NCBI GenBank assembly: GCA_951406725.2
Contig: OX597819.1
Span: 73,532,001 to 73,596,000 of the forward strand
Length of the DNA: 64,000 nucleotides
From: Octopus vulgaris
Taxonomy: Eukaryota
Direction of reading: 5' to 3'
This document shows, one piece after another, positions 25,021 to 35,445 of the stretch. Position 1 is the first letter of the stretch. The number at the start of each line of letters is the position of its first letter. The notes beneath the pieces were generated by a model, which made no database searches, had not been told where the DNA came from, and worked only from the letters and a program-made list of their open reading frames with translations. A program made the position numbers and the translations under genes.

Positions 25021-28000
25021 TATTATAATTATTATTATTAAGGTGACGGTTTGGCAGAATCATTAGAATGCTGGCAAAATGCTTAACGTTATTTCATCTG
25101 CTGTTATGTTCTGAGTTCAAGTTCCACTGGATCAATAAAATTAGTACCTGTCATGCACTGGGGGTTGATGTAATTAACTTAATCCCGTCCCCCAAATTTG
25201 AGGCCTTGTGCTTCTAGTAGAAAGGATTATCATCATCATCTTAACTTCTGATTAATCTATGTCACATCTCAGCTCCATCCTGATGCTTAGAGTATTGCTG
25301 CCAACTGAATATTTCCTATGAAGTTTGGTCTTTGCAGTTTTTGATGCCAGTGTATTGCTCTCATTGAGATGGTTCCAAATGCACTGATTGTTTTAGGTAC
25401 CACAACACTGGCTTTTGAGGCTCTATGTGTTATTATTAAACATGATAAACTAGCACAAATTAAAGTGTCAAGGTAAAGAAATTTATAAGAAAACAAGTAG
25501 TTTAAAATATTTTCTTTCAAACCTTTTCTGTGAAAACACAACTTTGTTGGTTTTTATTGTGATGCATAGAATTGCAAAATGACATGGCATAATGTTTTGT
25601 ACACACACACACGTGTACATACATACACATATGTGTACATATGCACTATGTCACTTGCTGATGCATAAAGAGAACATCCTGTTTTGTATGCAAACATATA
25701 TATATATATACACAATACACACAAACTATTGCTATTTGCTAATGTATTAACAAAACTATTGCATGTTCATATAACCGGAAATCCTAATAAATGTGAACTA
25801 AAAAAGTTTCCAAAATGACTCTTTCTTTTAGGAGAGGCCATTCATGGCAGTAAAAATTTTCAAATTTTTGGATTATTAACCTCATGTTTAGAGACAAAAT
25901 TTATATTTATGCTTATCTTCTTTTCTTTTCTTTTTTTTTATTACTTGTTTCAGTGCAGCTGTGCTGGGGGCACAGCCTTGAATGTCTTTTAGTTGAACAA
26001 ATCAACCCCAGTGCTTATTAGTCTCTTGCCAAACTGTTAAGTTACAGGAACATAAACACACCAACACTGGTTGTTCAGTAGTGGGATAGGGTACACACAC
26101 ACAACACACACACTGGGCTTCTTTCCGTTTCTACCAAATCCACTCACAAGGCTTCGCTTGGCCTGAGGCTATAGTAAAAGACACTTGACCAAGGTGTTAC
26201 ACAGTAGGACTGAACCTGGAACCATGTGGTTGTGTAGCAAATTTCTTACCATACAGCCACACCTGTGCCTATTATCTATTTTACAGGGGTTCCTATGTCT
26301 TGGTGTTTACTTTGATTGGTTTGGTCTTCTGATTGTCATTAACCCAATGCTGCTGTTTTAACACCCCCCCCCCATTCTTGCATGGGGCTGTTGGAATTTG
26401 CTGAGAGAGATTTTTGACAAACTTGCCAAACTTCAACCGTTTTCAAGCAAGGTAACATTTCCCTATAGCTGGATATGGTTTTGCAGAAGACTGGAAACAA
26501 AAGGACCCCACTTTCACATGATTTTGGTCAGCCTGGAGCTATAGTAGAAGACGCTCTCCCAAGGCGCTGTGTGGTAGGACTGAACATGAAACCATAAATG
26601 AAAAGCAAAGCTTTTAACTTCTGAAGCGATACTCTTATGTACCCCACCACACACACTGCTGGGTGAAGGTCATTCTTTAGTCATGCTATATTTCAAAGTG
26701 ATTGGTGTGATGTAAGGATTCTAGCCATAAAACCATAACCTACACAACAGCAAAGATTAGCTTTTTTTGTTGCTCTGTGTGCTCAGGTGTCAAAAGATTG
26801 CACCAAGTGACTCTATGTGGTATGAGATGTTCATCAGCATCAATTAACATCCACTTTTCATGCTTGCATGGCATGGGTTGGATAAAACATGTTGAGGCAA
26901 ATTTTCTACAGCTGGATACCCTTCCTGTCACCAACCCTCACCTGTTTCCTGGCAAGGTAAATTTTCCCTTGGGCAGACATGTTTTTTTTTTCATGGATGA
27001 CTGGAAACAACCCCACTTGAAGACAGTGATGCTAATTTACAAACATCATGTGATATCAAGGCAAAGGTAGACACCCCCTAAATTCACTCACAAGACTTTG
27101 GTTGACCCAGGGCTAAAGTAGGAGACACTTGCCCAAGGTGCCACCCAGTGGGACTGAACCCAAGATCCCATGGTTGAGAGGCAAGCTTCTTAACCACATA
27201 GCCATGCTTGTGCATATAAAATGTGGATGTAACAAGGAGGATGATGACAACAATGGCTGTAGTGGTGTTTTGTGTGTGTGTTTTAAATTTGCTTTAACCA
27301 TCACAGTTGAGAATCTTCTGGAAGAATGTTCTCTGCTTTTTGTTTTGAACTGATTCCATAGACTTCTACAGCTGTTTTTTTTTTTTTAACAGAAATGTGT
27401 CAGGAGACATTTTTGGTGCATTGAGGAGATAAATGCTCCGTTTGGGTCTTTAATATGTACAAATAAAAAGAGAAAAAGAAAATCATATTTTTGTAGATAA
27501 GATTAATTGTATGTTGGCTGATCAGAGAAAACTTGTTAGATCTCTTAGGAAGTTATATGGAAAATAAAACAAACAAAAACAGACAGTTAAATGTTGACTG
27601 TGTGTTTGAATCGGGGCTTACAAAAATAATACAAACAATGCTTACGTATATTTGTGAATGCTAAGCAGGTAGTTTTCTTTTTATAGTGGATATAAAGTGA
27701 GACGACGAGCACACACATTTCTTTGTTTGGTAAATATGGTATTAGTGCTGAAAACTATGTGCTACTATCCCATTTCTGTACGTTTTGAGTTCAAGTTATG
27801 CCGAAGTAAAATTTGCCTTTCATATTCTCCTGGGGCAATAGAATATATAATCATTGATGTAGTCAACTAATCCCCTCTTCCTGAATTTCACATCTTTGCC
27901 TATAAAGGAGCCAAATTCTTATTATTAAGGCATCGGAAAGGAAGAATTGTTAGAATGCTGGGCAGAATGCTCAGCAGCATTTCATCTGTCTACACATTCT

Positions 28001-28407
28001 GAGCTCAAATTCCACCGAGGTTGACTTTGCCTTTCATCCTTCCAGGGTCAATAAAATAAGTATGAGTTGAGAACTGGGGGCTGAAATTGGTGGCCTTGTG
28101 CCAAATTTTGAAATCATCATCGTTATTATTATCTGTTTTGCCAGACTGTTCAATTATGCCACTTGGGTTTGTTTCTGTCCAGGTTATCTTTTGACTGTAG
28201 GTAATAAGGTGTCATAGATTAAAAGAAAAAGAAAGAACCCCCACCCAAGATGTGCATTCTCCACACTCTTGTGATGTACCCAACAACTGTTACATTCGGT
28301 TACCAAGGTGATCTAGTCGGAGGTGGTTATAGTGGTGGTGGTAGTGGCAGAGTAAGCGCCAGGAACGAAGTTCAGGAAGCTGTTGTTTCTGTTGGCAGCA
28401 AAAGATC

Positions 28408-28446
<39 letters not shown>

Positions 28447-28825
28447 CTCCATGTGAAAAGTAGGTTATATGAAACGTGTATATGCAGTGTGACATCATGG
28501 AACTGTGAAAAATGAGCACCAAAAGTGGAAGCTGGAGAGAAATGATGTATTGGCAGGTGTAATAATATTTGTTCACATTACAAGTTGATCCAAAAATGGC
28601 TACTTTTTATTAATGAGATTAACTCTTCTGAACCATTAGCACACTGAACAAAATGCTTAACAGCAGTTCTTCCAGCTTTACATTCTGAGTTCAAATTCTT
28701 CCTTTCTTCTTTTTTTTTTTTTGGTGGTGGTGGGGTCAATAAAATAAGTACCGGTTGAGTACTGGGGCCAGTGTAACCAACTAACATTCTGCTTCAACAT
28801 TTCAGACCTACCTATAATAGGAAGT

Positions 28826-28847
28826 AATTATTATAATAATAATAATG

Positions 28848-28943
<96 letters not shown>
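28826..28943. repeat. (AAT)n immediately followed by (ATT)n, a self-complementary microsatellite
   Basis: Read directly; the switch is at ~28884. Confidence 0.95.
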
Positions 28944-28945
<2 letters not shown>

Positions 28946-29160
28946 GGCGGTGAGCTGGCAGAGTTGTGAGCACGTCCGGTAAAATGCTTAGTAGCATCTC
29001 GTCTGTCTATATGTTCTGGGTTCAAATTCTGCCGAGGTCGACTTTGCCTTTCATCCTTTTGGGTTTGATGAAATAAGTACCAGTTTCACACTGGGGTTAA
29101 TGTAATTGACTTAACCCCTTCCCTAAAATTTCAGACCGATAGAAAGGATTATTATTATCA
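28944..29160 (+). mobile_element. tRNA-derived SINE family B, representative copy
   Basis: Head aaggcggtgagctggcaga...gggttcaaattc, central gtcgactttgcctttcatcct...aaataagtaccag (from memory, similar to the Meta-SINE domain), and (att)n tail. Confidence 0.82.
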
Positions 29161-29337
29161 TTATTAAGGTGGCAAGCTGGCAGAATCATTAATACGTCAG
29201 GCTAAATATTTAGCAGCATTTAGAAAAATTAACTGTATCTTCTGCTATTTTTCTGTTTTGAACAGTGATAAACTTTGTCACAAGAATTTCTGTAACTGAT
29301 GAAGCATTAAGATATTTCATTGTTTTCTTTTTTGCAG

Positions 29338-29378
29338 TTTGGTACCGTGGCTGCTCTCTCAAAGTCAAAAATAAAGTG
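29338..29378 (+). CDS. DOCK3: DOCK3/4-like exon (probable exon 3), SH3 WYRG segment
   Basis: Acceptor ttctttttttgcag|, donor |gtatgt; 41 nt, phase 1-0. Encodes (I)WYRGCSLKVKNKV. Confidence 0.92.
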
Positions 29379-29699
29379 GTATGTATTTACTACTATCAGA
29401 TACAAATCTTCGTTTTTTTTTTAGTTTTTTTTTTCCTGTTGTATTTGTAAAAGCTTCAGATATCTTTGAAAATGTTGTAATTTCTTTCTGTATGTATGTG
29501 TGTCCCCGTGTGTCCCGAGTTATTAACTTGTTTTGAATACATACATACAGGTATGTGTATTTGTGCATATATATGTGTGTGTGTGTGTGTATTGAGTAGT
29601 AAACTGATAATTGCACCTCGTTTACACTTTATGTTCATGCTATTCTTGTCATTAATTACGAACCTGTATCATTTGTTTTCCTTCCTTTCTCTATACCTT

Positions 29700-31530
29700 T
29701 CGCTCTATCTTTGTAACTTTCTGAAGAAGAGCTTATGCTTAAAACATAATAAACACTTTTCCTTTCTCAATCTCTCAATAATTGTTACTATTTCTTACCA
29801 TTGATTTTGGACCCGTATCTTCTTCCTCTCATTGTCACTAAGTGAATCAATCCTTTCTCTTCTCTTACACAACAATGGATTCTACCCTCTCTCTTAAAAC
29901 CATACTACTGAATTCTATCTTACCTCTTGGAATTCTCCCAGACTACCATTAGATTCTATGGGCTATTTTGCTCTTTGTTTACCCTCTATCTTTATTCTCT
30001 GAAGCTGAATGTTCTTTCCTTGGTAGCCCCCCCCCACTTCATAGCCCTCTTGCACTCCTACATCAAGTTTTAGTCCTGTACTAAAAAGTATGACCTGGGC
30101 CCATAGTTGCTCATCACCTTAGACAATATTTGTCATTGCAAAGTAAACTCAAGGAAGTACTTATGAAACTTCACATGACCCAGATTGATCTCTCAGCACC
30201 CTGTATCTCTGCTGCTCCTGAGATGGCCTCGTTTTTAAAAAAGGGTGGAATCACAATCATTTGGTGTACCAACTGTTGCACTTTAAACGTGCTTTGACAG
30301 TTTCACAACCTGCCTTTTATCACTTCCTGCTTTCTAACTCCACACCTTAATATCAAAATTCATGTCCTTTACTGTCCACCAGTTCATTTACCCCCACAAA
30401 ACAAACCTGACAAACCTTGACCAAACCTTTCAATCTGCAATTACTTAACTGAGGTTAAGGTACCAAGATACCTTGACCTCATCTTCTATCCCCCAATTGC
30501 TCCCTTTCCTTCCTTCCTCCCTCCCATATGTCGGCACCATCCATACTTGCTGTCTCTTCAGCTTCTCCTTTCCCTTAACCCTTTCTGACTCTTATTCACT
30601 TTAGATTTTGTGTTCCTCTACACCATTGGTTCTCAAAGTGGGCGACGCCCCCCCCCCCACCCGGTGTGCTGGTGTCTAAGGGGGGGTGCAGGGGAGGGAT
30701 GGTAGAAAAAAAAGGGGGCGTTGGGAGGAAGGCAGTGGATTAGGGATGCTATGAATTTATTACAATATTATAGTATTGTATCATCATCATCATCATCATC
30801 GTTTAATGTCCGTTCTCCATGCTAGCATGGGTTGGACGGTTCGACCAGGGTTCTGGGAAGCCAGAAGGCTGCACCAGGCTCCAGTCTAATCTGGCAATGT
30901 TTCTACAGCTGGATGCCCTTCCTAACGCCAACCACTCCGTGAGTGTAGTGGGTGCTTTTTACGTGCCACCTGCACAGGTGCCAGGCGGGGCTGGCAACGG
31001 CCACGGTCAGATTGGTGTATTTTATGTGCCACCGGCACGGAAGCCAGTCGAGGCGGTGCTGGCATCGGCCACGAGTCGGATAGTGCTTTTTACGTACCAC
31101 CAGACCAGGGATCCTGGCTGGTTCAATTCGATTTCGATTTCGTATATAATATATTAAATATCAAATGATTCATGGTATATATAAGTTAGTAAAATATAAA
31201 ATATTTATTTATACATGAAAATAGAGGTGGGGGTGCTGAGGGTATTATGTGGCCATGAGGGGAATGGTGGCCCAGAAAGTTTGAAAACCTCTACTCTACA
31301 CCATCTTTCTTCATAATGGCCTTCTTGCTTCACAATATTTTCTCAAGCACCACTCTACTCTCTATCTTAGCACTACCAAACTTGTCCTCACACTCTACTG
31401 CTTTTCATTTATGGGAGACTTCTTCCAGCAGATATCCGAGGTGGATATGAGCATCAGATTGGCTCCCAAATATGTATATATTACATGTACATAAATGTCA
31501 AACAATGAGTGCTCAACAGCGCATTGGTGT
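29700..31530 (+). pseudogene. Degenerate Penelope-like element RT, interrupted by a hAT MITE
   Basis: Manual translation gives LLFTLDFVFLYT (~30590-30625), resuming after the MITE as LYTIFLHNGLLASQYFLK, then LVLTLYCFSFMGDFFQQISEVDMSIRLAPKY (~31380-31475). These are decayed PLE RT motifs D..SLYT and F.F....Q..G.AMG...P. A hammerhead-like core lies at 29721-29745. Confidence 0.65.
30624..31293. mobile_element. hAT MITE, same family as 9787-10339 in opposite orientation, containing a nested RTE 3' end
   Basis: TIRs cattggttctcaaa / tttgaaaacctcta; perfect 8-bp TSD CTCTACAC (30616-30623 and 31294-31301). The internal sequence is the reverse complement of the 9787 copy. Confidence 0.88.
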
Positions 31531-31534
31531 ATAT

Positions 31535-32133
31535 GATTGATTGATTGATTGATTGATTCCAGTTCCAGCCTGTGAGCTGTGGCCATGCTGGGGCACCGCC
31601 ATTTGGTGTTGCTACTTGGTTTTACTTCATGGGGGCTTTCTAGCAACTGCTATTTGGTGCATGAGAGAGTTCGATGCAGCTGCCCTCATCTGCCCCTCCT
31701 GCCGTGAAGTTGGTTCATCTGGGACACCAGACAGGAAGAGATCCAGCTTCATTTTAAAGACATCTGTATCCACCCCATGCAGGTCTCTCAGGTTCTTCGG
31801 GAGGATATTGAAGAGCTGTGGGCCTCGGAAGCCCAGGCTATCACAGAATCTTGTCCTACATCTTGATGGCAGGTTTGGAGTCCTAGGCACCACGCAGTGG
31901 CGCCCAGTTCTGGCATTTGTGTAACTCTCGATGCCAAAGTTCAGGACACTTCCCTCCAGGATCTTCCAGATGTATATTATGGCATATCTTTCCCGCCTAC
32001 GCTCCAGGGAGTATAATTTTAATCTCTTGAGTCTTTCCCAGTAGCTTACATTCTGCATAGAGGCTATCTTCTTTGTGTAGCTTCGTTGGATCGCCTCAAG
32101 TTCTGTGATCAACTTGACACTGGATGGTGACCA
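31535..32133 (-). mobile_element. 3' fragment of a CR1/L2-group LINE with (AATC)n tail
   Basis: WSPSSVKLITELEAIQRSYTK...SYWERLKRLKLYSLERRRER...GPQLFNILP...FKMKLDLFL is a typical CR1-group ORF2 C-terminus, followed by a short UTR and a tetranucleotide tail. Confidence 0.88.
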
Positions 32134-32608
32134 TTTATGTGTTATATGCTTTTACAAGAAGCAGGTGGTCAATGATTTAGAAGTTCTGGCCTGCTAGCTT
32201 TTGTTGGACAGTCAGTTAGTTCAAAGAGGAAGCAGGTCAAAAATTCCTTGCAAAAGTATAATAATGAATTCTACAAAAAAAGTATTGAGTAATCTCTTCA
32301 CATTTAATGTTGGTTTTTTAATTGTAAGGTGACATAAAAACAAGCATTTGTGTGTGTGTGTGTGTGTAAAGTTTTGTGAACTTGCAGGTGATATTATTTA
32401 CATTATTTACATTTCACGATATTTGTCCTCATCTTGTTTGTTGTTAACACAACGTTTTGACTGATGTACTCTCCAGCCTTCATCAGGTGTCTTGGGGAAA
32501 TTTCGAGCCTGGGTTATCATTCCTAAGGTATTTTTCAATGGCGTGGAGGTTAAGAGTGCGAGCTACTAACCCCAAGATTCCGAGTTTGATTCCAGGCAGT
32601 GATCTGAA

Positions 32609-34583
32609 TCATCATCATCATCATCATCATTTAGCGTCTGTTTTCCATGCTAGCATGGGTTGGACGGTTCAACTGGGGTCTGTGAAGCCGGAAGGCTTCA
32701 TCAGGCCCAGTCAGATCTGGCAGTGTTTCTACGGCTGGATGCCCTTCCTAACGCCAACCACTCCGTGAGTGTAGTGGGTACTTTTTACGTGCCACCTGCA
32801 CAGGTGCCAGACAGAGCCAGCAAACGGCCATGAACGGATGGTGCTTTTACGTGTCACCGGCACGGGGGCCAGGCGAGGCTGGCAACAGACATGAATGGAT
32901 GGTGCTTTTACGTGCTACTGGCACAGGGGCCAGGCGAGGCTGGCACCGTACACTAGCGGATGGAGCTTTTACGTGCCACTGGCACGGGGGCCAGGCGAGG
33001 CTGCCAACGGACACAAACGGATGGTGCTTTTACGTGCCACCGGCACGGGGGCCAGGCGAGGCTGGCAGCGGACACGAACGGATGGTGCTTTTACGTGCCA
33101 CCGGCACGGAGGCCAGACGGGGCAGCGCCGACAACGATCGGATGGTTCGCTTAACCACAGCTGCATTTCCACTGATGTTGATCGGCCTCAATTTTGGTTC
33201 TGCTTTCTGATATCTGATTTGATTTGGTTTGATTTTGATTTTGATTTTGACTGTTCTCACTGGTCTTGCCGGGTCTTCTCACACACAGCATACTTCAATA
33301 GGTCTCGGTCTCTAGTCATTTCCTTGGTGAGACCTAAAGTTCGAAGGTCATGCTTCACCACCTCGTCCCAGGTTTTCCTGGGTCTACCTCTTCCTCAGGT
33401 TCCCTCAACTGCTAGGGTGTGGCACTTTTGCACACAACTATCTTCACCCATTCTCGTCACATGCCCATACCAGCGCAGACGTCTCTCTTGCACACCACAA
33501 CTGATGCTTCTTAGGTCCAACTTTTCTCTCAAGGTACTTACACTCTGTTGATTATGAACACTGACATTACACATCCATCGGAGCATACTGGCTTCATTTC
33601 TTGCGAGCTTACGCATATCCTCAGCAGTCACAGCCCATGTTTCACTACCATGTAGCAAGGCTGTACGTACACATGCATCATACAGTCTGCCTTTTACTCT
33701 GAGCGAGAGGCCTTTTGTCACCAGTAGGGGTAAGAGCTCTCTAAACTTTGCCCAGGCTATTCTTACTCTAGCAGTTACACTTTCAGCACACCCACCCCCA
33801 CTACTGACTTGGTCACCTAGGTAGCGGAAGCTATCAACTACTTCTAGTTTTTCTCCCTGGAACGTGGTAGAAGTTGGTCTCTGCACATTTTCAGTGTTTA
33901 TTGGTCCTGAGCATCTGCCACAGACAAAAACTATTTTCCTAGTTAGCCTTCCTTTGACATTGCTACACCTCTTATGTGTCCATAGCTTGCACTTGGTGCA
34001 CCTTATAGTGTTTCTACCTACACCTTTTTTACAGATCAAGCAGGGCCATCTACCTGAAGGCGTTTGTGACTTGTCTACTTTCCTACTTATTAGGACTTTG
34101 GTTTTGGCTAGATTGATTCTAAGGCCCTTCGATTCTAAACCTTGCTTCCACACCTGAAACTTCTCCTCCAGTTCTGATAGTGACTCCGCAATTAGAGCAA
34201 GGTCATCAGCATAGGGGAGCTCCCAGGGGCATCCTGTCTTGAATTCCTCTGTTATTGCCTGGAGGACTATGATAAATAGGAGGGGACTGAGGACTGAACC
34301 TTGGTGGATCCCAACCTCTACCCAGAATTCTTCACTGTACTCATTGCCAACCCTCACCTTACTAGCAGCGTCTCTGTACATGGCTCGCACAGCTCTAACT
34401 AACCATTCATCTATCCCTAGTTTCCTCATTGACCACCAGATAAGGGATCGGAGGACCCTATCGAAGGCTTTCTCCATGTCAACAAAAGCCAGGTACAGGG
34501 GCCTATCTTTGGCTAGGTATTTCTCCTGCAGCTGTCTTACCAGGAATATAGCATCAGTAGTACTTTTCCCTGGCACGAACCCA

Positions 34584-34585
<2 letters not shown>
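32609..34585 (-). mobile_element. 5'-truncated RTE-clade LINE: RT region, 3' UTR with 61-bp tandem repeat, (GAT)n tail
   Basis: The ORF at 33395-34585 has RT motifs FGFVPGKSTTDAIF, FVDMEKAFDRV, GIHQGSVLSPLLF, YADD, FRYLG, LHGSETW and RRLRWYGHV. A premature TGA at 33395-33397 is followed in frame by GRGRPRKTW...; the natural stop is at ~33257. The poly-Leu N-terminus in the ORF track is flanking (AAT)n. Confidence 0.93.
32772..33145. repeat. GC-rich 61-bp minisatellite (~6 units) inside the RTE 3' UTR
   Basis: ggatgg(t/a)gcttttacgtg recurs at 32836, 32897, 32958, 33019 and 33080; a final ggatgg is at 33140. Confidence 0.9.
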
Positions 34586-34627
<42 letters not shown>

Positions 34628-34812
34628 TAATAACAATAACAGCTACAACAACATTGAAAAATAACTTAGGAATGAGAACCCAGGTTTGAAATGTATTAAC
34701 AACAAACAAGATGAGGACAAATATCTGTCAAATGTAAATAATGTAAATAATTCCTCATCTCTTAAATATAGAACTGTATTGCAGGTGATATATTTATCTT
34801 TTTTATTTGTAG

Positions 34813-34868
34813 GGCATCTTCCCTGCTGCATTTATATGCACAAAGCAATGTAAAGTGGATAATGAAGG
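34813..34868 (+). CDS. DOCK3: DOCK3/4-like exon (probable exon 4), SH3 GIFP segment
   Basis: Acceptor tttttatttgtag|, donor |gtaagt; 56 nt, phase 0-2. Encodes GIFPAAFICTKQCKVDNE(G). Not present in the ORF track. Confidence 0.92.
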
Positions 34869-35124
34869 GTAAGTAGTGAGATTTCATTTTATTTTTCTTG
34901 TTAACCATATTTTTTCCATTATATATTAATTGAGAATGCTTGTGGCCTAGTGGTTAGGGTCTTGGACTCGTGATCGAAGGATCATGGGTGTGATTTCTGA
35001 ACCAGGTTGCATCTTGTATTCTTGAGCAAAAACACTTCATTTCACTTCTCTCCAGTCTGCTCAGCTGAAAGTAGGTACACCCTGTGATGGAATAGAGGGA
35101 ATGTTGGCTTACTCGCCTAACCTA

Positions 35125-35284
35125 GGTACAGGCATGGCAATGTGGTAAGAAGCTTGCTTCCCAACCACATGGTTTTAGGTTCAGTCCCACTGTGTGGCAC
35201 CTTGGGCAAGTGTCTTCTACTATAGCTTCAGGCTGACCAAAGCCTTGTGAGTGGATTTGGTAGACGGAATGTGAAAGAAGCCTG

Positions 35285-35347
<63 letters not shown>

Positions 35348-35445
35348 CATGTTTGTGAGGTCTGTGTTTGTCTCCTTCCATTGTTTGACAACCTATGTTG
35401 GTGTGTTTACATCCCTGTAATTTAGCAGTTTGGCAAAAGAGACCC
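35125..35445 (+). mobile_element. Family-A SINE (3'-truncated)
   Basis: ggcatggcaatgtggtaagaagc...ggttcagtcccac...ccttgggcaagtgtc...(TA)n. Confidence 0.82.

Noticed and set aside
32772-33145. CRISPR-like regular repeats
   Set aside because: The whole 61-bp unit repeats with no unique spacers, the context is eukaryotic, there are no cas genes, and it lies in a LINE 3' UTR.
34586-34636. Signal-peptide-like poly-Leu start of the 413-aa ORF
   Set aside because: It is the flanking (AAT)n read on the minus strand; the LINE is 5'-truncated here.
32895-34664. Plus-strand ORFs of 218, 97 and 141 aa
   Set aside because: Antisense shadows of the RTE ORF and its GC-rich repeat.
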